DNA from: Octopus bimaculoides
Lineage: Eukaryota
DNA: 64,000 nt
Assembly: GCF_001194135.2 (NCBI RefSeq)
Contig: NC_068987.1
Coordinates: 27,593,580 to 27,657,579, forward strand
Direction of reading: 5' to 3'
Shown piece by piece: positions 1-13,164 of the stretch (its first letter is position 1; each line of letters begins with the position of its first letter). The notes beneath the pieces are model-generated. The model was not told the origin of the DNA and made no database searches. It saw only the letters and a list, made by a program, of their open reading frames with translations. Position numbers and translations under genes: made by a program.

Positions 1-2196
1 ATATATAATATACATATATATCTGTGTGTTTGTGTGTGTGTGTGTAGTTACGGTGTACGTCTAACTTCCTAACTGCAATTATTTCATTAGCAATCCCGTT
101 AACCTAAGCCCATCTTTATCAACATCTAGTATATGGCTTCGAAACAACAAATAAATCGCCGCTAAATAGAATATTATAACAAATCCAATGATACATTATT
201 TCATAGTAGAATAATTGTTGGCACTACAAAATGCTTATAAATAATCGATATGATCAATACAATTATTTGTTGTTAGTGCTCATAGTGCAGCGAATAGCCA
301 ATCGCCAGATTATGTTTTCTTTACTTGGTAATATCTAAAAGAACCATCTACAAAATATTAAACCTTAGGCAAAGTATGCATTGGCAATTGTCGTGCGAAC
401 TATATAGAAGTACGGATGAAATGGCTTTATCCTGAAACATAAGACAATGTAACACCCTCTACTAATGACGCAGTTAAATATTTTGACATATAAGTAGTTT
501 CGCATACATATTCAAGTAAAAAAATATGTTCTCTTTGAATATGCAATGCTGGGTTATCCAGTTATTAATAATATTAAAACTCATACTTATCTCCGTATAA
601 TTATCGATTTCGAACAATTACATATTGATTGCCCAGAGTAAGCAGTCAGTAATCAATAAATTAAATCATAGTTTTGTTGTAAAATTTTTCTGTTGACCGA
701 ATTGTAATTCGTAACTAGAAAGATATAGTAAGAAAATTTGACGAATGTATAGCATACTAGATTTTCAGTTATTGGTAGAAACTTTTAATTTGATAAATAT
801 TTTCAACAATTTGCATATACACCGTGCAGATTATTGAAATATCAATAATTAATAAAAATGTGCTTTGACCTTTGGGTACCTGAACTTCGCCAAGTGACAG
901 GAACTGCGAGGTTACAATATGCCCATTTGTAAATGACCATTACAATAGCATGTACCGATATAGCACTTATCCCTCAATATGTAGTTATTATTCGAAGCCA
1001 GTATTTATAAAATTGGAGTTTTCGCCGAAGCGTATATTCATGAAATATATGATTGATCAATATATCAATATGATAAACAATTTTATATGTATATTAGTGT
1101 TGACGCCACATATGGAAATTTAATTTGAACCACTAATTGAAGACGCTGTAAGAAATAATTTGATATAACAGATTTATTCTAAAAAGAAAAATACTATAAC
1201 AGAATTATGCGTTAGGTAGTTTAGACGCACACACACAAAATATATTTTCCATTATGTTACAACTATTTCACCGCTGAGAAAATAACAGGTCATCTCTGTG
1301 TATTTAAATAATCATATTAAGATAAATTAAAAGTTCTAAATTAATATTGTTATGAATATATTTATAGGCTGTATTGATTTACTTGCGAAACAGATAAAAC
1401 AACAACATGCTCACAAACGACACACATACACACATACACTTGCCCTGCAAAATAATGTGCACGTATATGCATATACACACATATATAAGCGGGCAAAATT
1501 TGTAGACTGAAAATTGTTTTAAAATATATAAAATATATTAATCTATAATAACAACAAACTATATGTATGTAGGAAAGCAAGTAACCGCTTGCAAAGCACC
1601 AATCAAACCAAACGTTAATTATGGTATAGAGTAGTTTCATATTCTAAGGAGATACCCCACCAATTGCATACTATACGCAAAGTTTAAGTGCATTAATGTT
1701 AAGATCCCTTAGAGTGCATTTTTATCGTTGAAAGGTTAGAGACAGTTTTGTAATCCTACAAAACGAAATGAAAACAGGATATATTAATTAAAATCCGTTT
1801 CCAGTAAAACTTTGCACGAAAGGCAAATTTGAGCTCAGCGACATTTGAACTCAAAAGGTAAAGAGACCTAGAAATGAGGTGAAGTAGTTTCGTGACATGC
1901 TAACGATCCTGCAAGATCAGAGCAGACAGTAATTTCTTGATGGACAGCAACAACTCAAACACGGAAAGAGTGATGCAAACAATTTTAGGGCATATATATA
2001 NNNNNNNNNNNNNNNNNNNNNNNNNNNNNNNNNNNNNNNNNNNNNNNNNNNNNNNNNNNNNNNNNNNNNNNNNNNNNNNNNNNNNNNNNNNNNNNNNNNN
2101 NNNNNNNNNNNNNNNNNNNNNNNNNNNNNNNNNNNNNNNNNNNNNNNNNNNNNNNNNNNNNNNNNNNNNNNNNNNTATATATATATATATATATAT

Positions 2197-3086
2197 TTAA
2201 TCTCTCCAAAGGAGACTACAGCAGAGGTACTGGATATTAATAGTTATCGACAAGCTAACATGGCAGTCCGGGGAAATATGACGAATGCTGCAACTGATTA
2301 GCTCCAAGAGGCCATCGCCTCTCGCTAGCTATGTGACACACAAACCCGTGTCCGTTATAACCTTCGAACAGGGGCGGTCAGCAGCTTCCCCTTGCTGGTT
2401 CAAAATCCACAGGCTAGTTTCGGGATATTTGCTTCTTATCAATGTGAAGTAGTCGAACACAGCAAGCGCCGTTGCTGACCGTCTGTTCGAATTTTTATTG
2501 ACCTATATTCAGTGGAATAAATCCACTTGTTTTGAAAAGTAGAAATATTAACAAATACCCCGAAACTAGTCAGTGAATGCTGAACCAGCAAGAGAAAACT
2601 GATAACTTCCACTGTTCGAAGGTTATAATGGACACAGGTTAGCTAGAGGTGATGGACTCTTGGAGCTAATCAACGGCAGCATTCGTCCTATTTTCCCGGA
2701 CTGCCATATTAGCTTGGTGATAACTATTAGTATCCAGTACCGCTACCGTAATTTCCTCTGAAGAGATTTAGAAGTGTTAATATTTCTATTTTTGAAAACC
2801 AGTGGATGTATTCCACTGAATATAGGTAAATAAACCTTGGAACAGTCAGCAGCGACGTCTGCTGGGATCGGCTATTCCACATTAATAATGGGCAAATACC
2901 CCGAAACTAGTCTGTGGATGTTGAACCAGCAAGGGGACGCTGCTGACCTCCCCTGTTCGAAGGTTATACTCGACAGCGGCATGTGTGTCACATAGCTAGT
3001 TAGAGGCGATGGCCTCTTGGAGCTAATCAGTTGCAGCATTCGTCCTATTTTCCTGGACTGCAATTTTAGCTTGGCGATAACTATTG
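2197..3086. repeat. Unclassified foldback element: inverted arms 2197-2552 and 2776-3086 around a third partial copy of the same unit
   Basis: The reverse complement of the left arm aligns by eye with the right arm (e.g. gttaatatttctacttttcaaaacaagtgg vs gttaatatttctatttttgaaaaccagtgg). The loop shares caaataccccgaaactagt...gataactatt. (TA)n lies on both sides. Confidence 0.85.
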
Positions 3087-3146
3087 ATATATATATATNN
3101 NNNNNNNNNNNNNNNNNNNNNNNNNNNNNNNTATATATATGTATGT

Positions 3147-3188
<42 letters not shown>

Positions 3189-3732
3189 ATCTATATTTTG
3201 AGAGGGAGTGAGAGACAGAATTTTGTGCGTTCATAGAAATTATAAGATTGTCCTTTCTCAAAATCCCCACAAGATCTATTGAAAAAACAAAATTTAATTA
3301 TTGTTTCTGAATAAATCTTCCATCCACAGATGGTGATGTAAAAATGATATTACCTCATATTGTTACGTTATTATGCTAAATTATAATCACGTTATTTACT
3401 AATATTTCAAATATCGTCAGATAAATAGGATTAGATTTATATATGTCACTGGTGTTCGACTGTGTTGTAGTGGGCACGTGTGTCCAGAAGAGCGTGTCAG
3501 CTTTTACAGTTTGGGACATAACAATTTGCATGTTATAAGCCAAAACCAGTAGAATATGTACACATGTTCGGGGCTGCTCCGCTTTATTCTTTTTCGCTAC
3601 GTTTTTTTCTCTATCTTTTCGAATTATTTTACTAGTATTACATATTCCATCTGTGTAAAAATCGTGCCTCTCTGCTCAGTTCGATACTTCTGAAGAAGTG
3701 GCTATATTATTTAGTAACTCCAAACTAACAGG

Positions 3733-3875
3733 AGTTGGGAGTTCAGATTCCGACGAGGTTGACATTGCCTTTCATATTTTCGGGGTCAAAAAACTAAGTA
3801 CCAGTTATGTAATGTCGATTTAATCGACTGTTCCCATTCTCCAGAATTTCGGGCCTTGTGCCTAGAGTACAAAAG
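3733..3875 (+). mobile_element. Decayed tRNA-derived SINE (family A)
   Basis: B-box-like gagttcagattcc followed by gcctttcat...cggggtc...aagtaccag, as in the intact copy at 14965. Confidence 0.7.
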
Positions 3876-3993
3876 GAAAGGATGAAAAGCAAAGTAGACC
3901 TAGGCGGAATTTGAACTCAGAACGTACAGACTGACGAAATAACGTTTAGTATTTCGCCCGGCATGCTAACATTTCTGCCATCTCATCGCCTTA
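3876..3993 (-). mobile_element. 5' half of a family A SINE in opposite orientation
   Basis: The reverse complement reads aaggcgatgagatggcagaaatgttagcatgccgggcgaaa...ttctgagttcaaattccgcc, matching the head of the copy at 14965. Confidence 0.8.
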
Positions 3994-4490
3994 TGATTTG
4001 TGTAAATTAAACCAAAACTGCATTATCTCACATTAGAGTTACATTGTTTGGTTGTAGAAACTATAATGGAAGAACTACATCAATAACGACTTAAATAATC
4101 TTCCTAGGGGAGCTTTCTAGACATAAGCACGCACATCCAACCTTAGACAAAATATACAATTGCTAACTCATTTGTAAGTTTAGCACATGTGGGCCAACTT
4201 GAGTTAATGTTCGCATATTTGTATCCACGTTAGGATGTCTCAAGATTTATTTAGTTACGGGTTACTAAACTTACTCTTGTGAACTAACAATAACATTGAA
4301 TTATTCAAACTTTTATATATANNNNNNNNNNNNNNNNNNNNNNNNNNNNNNNNNNNNNNNNNNNNNNNNNNNNNNNNNNNNNNNNNNNNNNNNNNNNNNN
4401 NNNNNNNNNNNNNNNNNNNNNNNNNNNNNNNNNNNNNNNNNNNNNNNNNNNNNNNNNNNNNNNNNNNNNNNTATATATATATACATATAC

Positions 4491-4521
<31 letters not shown>

Positions 4522-5689
4522 TGTATATATGTAGTTGTGTGAACTCCTGTTTGATATCCTATACATTTACCATGCATGGGGCGGCCAATTGTTAAAGGAG
4601 TGTAAAAATCTAGTATTACTCTCAGTGCATTAAAAGCAGTAGAGCAGCATCCTGTCACACATGTGCACATGGCGTTCCACCACGGGTAAGAGTAAATAGG
4701 ACGGACGGGACGGTGCTGAATGAAATGGCTAATTTTCAATATGATGGAAGTTTACAGCTATCAATTGCTTGCATGTATGTTGAAATGACATCACATTTTT
4801 GTAATATGTGTGCAGCTTTTGGAAAACAGTACCATAAATGTTGGCCACTCCAGATACATGCAAAGTTGATAAAATCAAAGTTTTCATTACTGCCATCTTC
4901 CCAAATCCCTCTTGGGATCCAAAAATATGGCGGAAATTGTATAGTATATGGAACCCATTTTATAAAGCTGAAGAATGTAAATATAAATCAACTGGATAAA
5001 ATTCCCAATACGTCAGTTACTAGACATGCACATGCATTCAGTTTGTTTACAAAGCTCAAGCACATCTATCTTTCTTCGGTTGAAATGTTGTTATAATGCC
5101 CAACTAAAGTGTACGAAGGGTACTGTTTTATATTGAAATTACAAACGAAAAGCGCAGTGATGGTGAATCTCACAAATGATTGAAAATACACTTCAAGCAA
5201 CCTTGAATATATGCAACATCATCTCAGACTCATGAGATGATCTGGCATGATATGTCTCCCAAACATGTTCCCAGTAGTTTACGTATCTTAAATCTCTAAA
5301 GTAAAGAACAAAGGGGTATATTGCACATTACGCTATAACAACCATTGTATAAATAAACATCAGTACGCAATAGGTCTTCTCGGTCACAGAAAACACATAT
5401 AAACGAGCGATACCCCTCTGGGAATTTTTACTGTTTTTTGTTTGTCTTTTTTAAAGTTTTAATTAATTTTATTGTATTTCTTATTTATATTTTCTTCAGC
5501 TTTTACATAACTGTGACAAAAAAATTAACTTCCAGCCTCTGATGGACGTGTGTGAGAGTCGATGTGAGTGTGATGTATCTGTGCGTGTATGTACATACAT
5601 ACACACAGATCCATTCATATATATGTATATATATATACACACATACATACAGATATGTTCATATATCTATGCACATTTACATAGATAAT

Positions 5690-5729
<40 letters not shown>

Positions 5730-7384
5730 TCTGAATCTTCCTTCTAATCTGTGCGGTTGAGTACGCGCACACGTGTTTTGCAGCAAGCGGATGAAGGCAA
5801 AAAAATATGTGCACACAAAGTTTTCAAGATAAAATCAATTTTCTTTTTAATTGAAGAATTTAATGAATGATATAATTTCATGATAAAAATTTAAAATAAT
5901 GCACACTTAAATGATATGCATTGTCGTAGGCCGTCAATTTCGTATTTGAGTAATGGTTCTGGCATGGATGCTCACATATTTCCAAACAAAGACAACATTT
6001 AGACTGGCAAATTTCTCTACACACTGACAGGCAAAAATTATTGGGTATATTGATTTGCATGTGCGTATGTGCATATGAACTAATAAATACCTATTTACAT
6101 GTGTTATATATATATATATATATATATATATATNNNNNNNNNNNNNNNNNNNNNNNNNNNNNNNNNNNNNNNNNNNNNNNNNNNNNNNNNNNNNNNNNNN
6201 NNNNNNNNNNNNNNNNNNNNNNNNNNNNNNNNNNNNNNNNNNNNNNNNNNNNNNNNNNNNNNNNNNNNNNNNNNNNNNNNNNNNNNNNNNNNNNNNNNNN
6301 NNNNNNNNNNNNNNNNNNNNNNNNNNNNNNNNNNNNNNNNNNNNNNNNNNNNNNNNNNNNNNNNNNNNNNNNNNNNNNNNNNNNNNNNNNNNNNNNNNNN
6401 NNNNNNNNNNNNNNNNNNNNNNNNNNNNNNNNNNNNNNNNNNNNNNNNNNNNNNNNNNNNNNNNNNNNNNNNNNNNNNNNNNNNNNNNNNNNNNNNNNNN
6501 NNNNNNNNNNNNNNNNNNNNNNNNNNNNNNNNNNNNNNNNNNNNNNNNNNNNNNNNNNNCTTATATATATATATATATCCGATCATATCATAATCTACAT
6601 TCATTCCCGTGAGAGGTACAGTCAATGCATACATAGTCATCTAAATTGTCATGAAGTCTATCACACTACCACGCGATCATAATGGTACACGTATGTAAAG
6701 AATACTTACCCTACACACAGACACACGAACACACACACACATATTTTGTATATTGTATCATCTTCGTTGTATTTAGTTCGAAAGCCTTAGTCTCCTTTGA
6801 AATATAGTATTATACAAGCATATACGGATGCTTGTATAAGCAACTGTACTCGTGCCATACAGCTTGATCGAGGGCGCTTAAAGATCCGTATTTGTTAACG
6901 CTTATTTTTAATACTTTTCTCGCTAGATTGCACGTTTGTTTCTCTTTTTGCCATCTGTGATTTTATTTTTGATCTTCTATATAAACGAAGATATTTCCTC
7001 CGTCTGCCTGCTTCTCTTTCTACAAAACGGGAAATTACATTGCGGAACATTTATCTTAACGAGTTGTATTTATTATCACCCAACGAAATACATCTGCACC
7101 GCCGGATGCTCCTGAACCTGATGTGTCGAAATAATTGTCGTGATTAATAAAGAATTCTCGTATATTTTATCTTCCGTCTTACATTTGCCATATACATAAC
7201 GATTACTCTGAAAGTGACCGTGCTCTACCAGTAAGCTACCAGGTGTAAACCATTCGTTTTATTATCCATTGTATATACATATGTATATATCTTTGAGTAG
7301 TGTTTGTACCCCCACCACCTCCTGAAAGTGGCTTTCATGTGTTTCCGTCAGCGTAATGTAGCTGGTCACTAAATATATACATAA

Positions 7385-8083
7385 ATATATATGAAAACAC
7401 ATCTTACAATGGCGCGTTTAACAAAACACGTGTCAGTAAAGAATATTACAGCCGAATAAAGAAAATTTGGACATCGGAACTCTCTGCATTCCATAAAATA
7501 TTGGCCCACAATGTATTTACTGTGCCAGCACTCATAAGATTTGAACCACTGATATGAAAACCGAAAGAATAGTAACAAGGACACATAATTTCCACATAAA
7601 CAATGACGTAGACCGCCTCTACATAAAACGAAAACAAGCCAGCAACTGATTAACGTCGATCCAAAATGTGTTTCCATGTCGTATCATATCCCTTTGGAAA
7701 CAACTTTTAAAGGCTAACTATAGAAGTACATCCCTTGTCCAAGTTTGTGTACGTGAGATTGATAACATCATAAGACTTGGAAGGTAGCTCTTTCAGCAGC
7801 ATTCCTTGTCTGATAAACTTAAATACATGCCAAAAGAAGTTGCACTGTATCACCCGATGAAAGTATATGAGCAGAAGACTTAAATACATGCCAAAAGAAG
7901 TTGCAATGTATCATCAGATAAAAGTATATGAGCCGAAGACTATGCATGTATATTTTAGTAGAAAGCTCCGAGATGGTAGTTACATTGATCATCAAAGCAG
8001 TCTATCATGAATCACTGGGTGGACTAGTACATCACACTTTGAAGGGTATGAATTTGCAATCCAGGAACAGAAAATATCAACTA
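7385..8083 (+). mobile_element. 5'-truncated R4/Dong-clade non-LTR retrotransposon, upstream part (end of RT/thumb region; pseudogene)
   Basis: Decayed translation includes KEYYSRIKKIWTSELSAFHKILAHNVFTVPAL, NDVDRLYIKRK and SHFEGYEFAIQEQKIST, which are characteristic of R4-clade ORFs. Stops and frameshifts are present. Confidence 0.82.
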
Positions 8084-9380
8084 TTAGGTTGTCGAGAAAG
8101 CTCTTGCGGTTTTTAACCTTTAAATTCGGATGCACACATCTCGGCTCAAACAGAACTTTATTAATCGAAAACAACACCATCAGAATCAACACCCTTTTGA
8201 CAACGCGAAACAAGTGTCTTTATGGCAGTGGCGTAAAAATCCTGCGTTCTGGTGGCGATGAAGTTATTGAAGGCGTGTTTGGAATGGAAATGGGATAGAT
8301 GCAACTTTTTAAGCATTTCTCACGAAGGACGTTGTTGAGATGCTTGAAAAAGTGGTAGTCGGTAGGCGAGAGGTCTGGTGAGTATGGCGGATGAGGCAAA
8401 GTTTCGTAGCCCAATTCGTTGAACTTCTACAGGGTCAGTCGTGCGACGGGCGGCCGAGTGTTGTCGTGGAGAAGAATTGGTCCTTTTCTATTGACCAATG
8501 CTGGCTGTTGTAGGCGGAGTTTCTTATGCATTTCATCCATTTGCTGACAGCACTTCTCCACCGTAATGGTTTCGCCTGGATCCAAAAAGCTTTGATGGAT
8601 GAGACCGGCCGCAGACCACCAAACAGTCACCATGACCTCCTTTTGGTGCATCTTTGGTTTCAGGAAGTATCTTTGGCTTCGTTGGCGTCCAACCAATGAA
8701 ATGAGCATCGTAGTTTGTCGTAAAGAATGCACATTTCATCGCAAGTAACAATCCGGTCGCGAGACGGATCGTTCTTGTTGCGTAAAAGAAGGAAAGATGA
8801 CACTTCAAAACGTTGTTTTCGTTTTTGGTTGTCGTTCAATTCATGCGGCACCCATTTCTCAAGTGTTATTGTTTTTCCACTCTCTTTCAAGTGGTTGGAA
8901 ATAGTCGTATATGTTACGTCTAATTCCGAAGGAAGCTCTCGAAAATCTGTGCGTGGATTGGCTTCCACTAAGGCTCTAAGTTGATCGTTGTCAACATCCG
9001 ATGGCCTATCACTACGCTTATCATCTTCAGGACTCTCGTCATCGTTACGAAATTTCTTGAACCACTATTGTGCTGTACTTTCATTAGTGGTTCTTGGGCC
9101 AAACGCATCGTTGATATTGCGAACTGTTTCAGCAGTTTTTCAGCCTAGCTTGAACTGGAATAAGAAAATTGTGCGAATTTGATTTTTGTCCATGTTGTAT
9201 TCAACGCTCCGGAAAATATTGCCTAATTATTAAAAAAAAAAGAGTAACACGATTAGATAGAGCGAAAAACGGGCTTTAACATTATATACAAAGTCAAAGT
9301 AATTTGACGAAAATTAATTTGAAAATACATCATTTAAAACAAAAATTAAAACTTCCGCAATATCATTCTTGTCAACCTAA
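8084..9380 (-). mobile_element. Full-length (1297 bp) decayed mariner, cecropia/Hsmar1-like, inserted into the LINE
   Basis: Imperfect TIRs ttaggttgtcgagaaagctcttgcgg and ccgcaatatcattcttgtcaacctaa. TA duplication at 8082-8083 and 9381-9382. Confidence 0.95.
8161..9193 (-). pseudogene. Mariner transposase pseudogene
   Basis: MDKNQIRTIFLFQFKLG*..., KWVPHEL, RIVTCDE, LLHDNTRP and HPPYSPDLSPTDYHFFKHL motifs, with several stops and frameshifts. Confidence 0.95.
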
Positions 9381-10232
9381 TAAATATCTGATGCACAAAC
9401 AGGACAGACATGCAGGAAGAGCAGTAAAATGTGATAATCGATGAAAACTTTGTGTAGTTACTACTGAAAATATCGCCCACATCATAAGCAATTGTCCGAA
9501 AATTTCATCACGGTATAATCTACAGATGAGACATGATGTTGTAGTTGGGACACTATAATGAAATTCGTATGAAGGATAACTATGCGGGCAAAGATATAAG
9601 AACCTACAGTATGGCAGAAGCCATATCAACTCATAATAAAAGGAGTACTGGTGAAATATCTGTGAAAACCTCAATAAAATGTAAGCACAATAGACCTGAT
9701 ATATTGACTTGGGATAGAGGACAGAAATTGCGTACAGTTGAGAGAAATTAGCTGCCCAGCACATGTTAATATAAAGCTGGAGATCAGTGAAAAAAATAAT
9801 ACCGACGAAGAACTATTGAGAAATCTGCAGGTACTCTATACAGCTTACAAGTTCAAGTTTATACCTGTAATTATTGGGGCCCTAGGATATATAACACACT
9901 TCCTAAATACCAATCTTGAGAAATTAGGCTTCTGAAAATCAGAAAGGGAAGAGCTAATTTGAACACTACAGATCCAGTCCATCACTGAAACTGTAAATAT
10001 GTGTAGAACTATCCAAAAGTTTATCATTTAAATAAATATGAGCATGTCTATATATGCAGCTATATGCATGAGAATACATACATAAAATGAAATATTAAAT
10101 CTGCTTATATACATGCATACAAACAGAATACCCTGTTGTTGATGTTGAAATTCCAATGAAGGATCTTGGATCTAGGTTAGAAATCGTCTCTTTCTCTATT
10201 GGCAAGAAATTTTGAAAAACACTGAATAATGA
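9381..10232 (+). mobile_element. R4/Dong-clade LINE, downstream part: CCHC knuckle, restriction-like endonuclease and 3' UTR
   Basis: CDNR*KLC...ENIAHIISNCP...MRHDVV, KHNRPDILTWDR, EISCP and IPVIIGALG motifs. The 3' UTR ends ...actgaataatga and runs directly into (CATA)n. Confidence 0.88.
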
Positions 10233-10329
10233 CATACATACATACATACCTAAATACATACATACATACATACATACATACATAAATACATACATACATA
10301 CATACATACATACATACATACATACATAC
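10233..10329. repeat. (CATA)n microsatellite at the LINE 3' end
   Basis: Read directly from the sequence. Confidence 0.97.
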
Positions 10330-12804
10330 GTATGTATACATGTATGCCTAATAAGAAGGTTTGCAACAGAAAAGCATCAAACGATACGTAAGGTAAAAGC
10401 AATACGACTGAAGTACAATTCAATGATTTAGAATTTTAAACTTGTCTTCCTAAAGTGCATCACAGATAAATATGAAAGTTTTTCTATCCGAGACAATCAT
10501 AATTTCTATGCAAAAGACTCTAGAATGGTCTTCTTGGGGTTCCAGAAGCAAAATATATTTCTACGTATGAAATATTATCCAACAACTGTATTAATCTAAG
10601 ATGAAAGCAATGATAGCCTACATACATTTTTTTATCAATTTGAAGTAGAGAGCTGATAACTAATATTTACTGATATAATTTTTGCTTCTTAAATGCTTAA
10701 CAGTAGTTGAATGTTTAAAGCAACAAATCCTAATCGACCAGAGGCAGTATTAATACCGCGAAGTAACATTTATTCCCGCATTAGAACATGGTTGCTCTAA
10801 TCGCGACTACAGTGACTGTTCTCACACTGATTTTTTCATATATCGCTTCTGGGGAGATAAGTTACTGCTATTTCAAGCGGTCGAGCGTGCAGCACCAAGG
10901 AGATATGTTGGTTTTGGCGCTGGCGTTGATAGAGTATTATCTCCCCGCTGGCGATATAAACAATCAAGAGTGGATTCCGCACCAAAAGCCTATATGAGAG
11001 ATTCTCTCATGGTAAATACCGCAATAAAATTTGTTCTAACAGAGCATCCACTTTTAGTTGGGAATAAAACTTTGTGATTCGATCTTTTTTTTCCATGTGT
11101 AAGAGCCTGGGAGTGGAATGTCGTCCTTTGACAACTCGAAAATGATATGACATGATTATATATACATATAAACATACGTTTGCATATATGTGTGTGTGTT
11201 GTTGTTGTTGTCCAGAGATCATGAATTCAAGTTATAAACAGCCAACGTATCTTGAATGAGAACTAGGGTTCTGGATTTCGAAACTGCCAATATCCAGCAG
11301 AGCTATTACCAGGCTGGCGGAATCTCTAAAAGATCGAGCATATGGAATGAAAATGGGATAGATGCAACTTAGAAACCTTCACATACCTCATGGGTAGGAA
11401 CTCCTTATTTTAAGATCACCTATAGCACAAAGCATGAACACAAGTCGTAAAAAGAGTAGCTTGAAGGATTTTTTCCCTGATCAACAAGCAACGAGCAAGG
11501 AAATGCTAAAAGCGATTATTAATGTTGATGCACATCAGTAACAAATCCAGCAGAATGAGAAGACTTTATAAAAATAAATACATACATGCACATATACATT
11601 CATATCTACAAACATAAATTTACTGACTTTTAAGAATAGTATTCGTATTCAAGCGAATGTTTACACGCGCAGTTTATTAAAAACAAATTAGGGTCGTCTT
11701 CCCTTTCATTATTTTACCCTTCGTCTTTTCATTAATATATGGTAATATTTTGAAATCATGATAATTAAAAATTTTGAGAAATTCCAAAGGAATATGCCTT
11801 CTTGTACAATAATTGAGATGCTTTTATTTTCACCGTCTAATTATCTATATTACTTTCCAATCTATTATTGAGATGATCCCGATAATAAGAGGATTATTCA
11901 ATTACTTCAGACGTTTGAATGAAAAGTTCTATCTCGCCCAGACAAACAGATTTTCAATTGATATATGCCATTGGAATATTTAGATATGGCAGTTCCTGGA
12001 ATTGCAAATTATCAGTAGAAAGCAGTATAGAATTCGTATTGGCGTATAAAGATCAGAAAACAGTAGACCATAAATAATTCTAAACAATTAGGTAACATAA
12101 AAGGAATTATATTGAAAAGCAATCTTTGGGCTACTTTATATATTACAAAGATTTATTTGAAAATAATTGAAACTCTGAATTTTTTTTGTGGTTACTTGAA
12201 ATGATTTTGCGGAACTATCTTCGGTAAGATTATGCATACAATAAGCTTCCGTTACTATTGATTAGTTTCTTAACATTAGTGTGTTTGGGAAGTACTGTAG
12301 CTTTATCTTTATAATAATAGAGATAAGACCATTATGAGTCAGACTTGCATATAGAACGACTTTCTTTCTATTTGAAATTTTGAAAGTTACGATATAAAGT
12401 GATCAGAGGAAAAGTGATAATTCTTTCCACGGGAAATCATTATTAGGGTATTTGATATAACAATAGAAATAAAATTGTAGTATCTCTACAATTAGGTTGG
12501 CTTCACATTGACTCCAAAAACATCATAACTCGTTCACAATAAAGAATAATTAGGCAATCACCTACATTGCAACAGCTGCTCATCTACGTTAATGCTGTTT
12601 TCTCTGCAAACAGAGTAATAGCGGAAAATTTTGTGTGCCACTCATGGAAACCTTAATTTTAGGCGTGAAAACAAGAAATATTGATAGATTATCAATATTT
12701 GCTTACGATTATTTACTATCGTATCACTCAGGGTCGTTCAATCCTTATTGGTCAAAATGAATGTTCAATAAACTACTAAAATATATATATAAATGTATAT
12801 ATAA

Positions 12805-13106
12805 GTCGCAGGAGTGACTGTGTTCTAAGTAGCCTGCTTACGAACCACATAGTTCCGTGGCACCTTCGGCAATTGTCTTCTACTAAAGCCTTGTGAGTGG
12901 ATTTGGTAGACGGAAATTGGAAGAAGCCCGTCGTATATATGTATATATATATATATATGTATGTGTGTGTATATGTTTGTCCCACCAACATAGCTTGACA
13001 ACCGATGGTGGTGTGTTTACGTCCGCGTAACTTATCGGTTCGGCTAAAAGGCGGTGCTCCAACATGGCCGCAGTTAAATGACTGAAATAAGTAAACGAGA
13101 AAAGAG

Positions 13107-13107
<1 letters not shown>
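12805..13107 (+). mobile_element. tRNA-derived SINE (family B) with internal (TA)/(TG) microsatellite, followed by (AT)n
   Basis: Head gcaggagtgactgtg..., body gccttgtgagtggatttggtagacggaaa...gaagcccgtcg, tail catggccgcagttaaatgactgaaataag. Same family as 22262, 32617, 39443 and 52840. Confidence 0.88.

Positions 13108-13164
<57 letters not shown>

Noticed and set aside
4560-5100. Moderately GC-rich stretch with IGRTGR (helicase-like) and other open frames
   Set aside because: An isolated 6-aa match surrounded by stops; not enough to call a helicase or Helitron.
6811-6838. Perfect 11-bp hairpin tatacaagcat/atgcttgtata
   Set aside because: Isolated, with no associated element ends; expected occasionally in AT-rich DNA.
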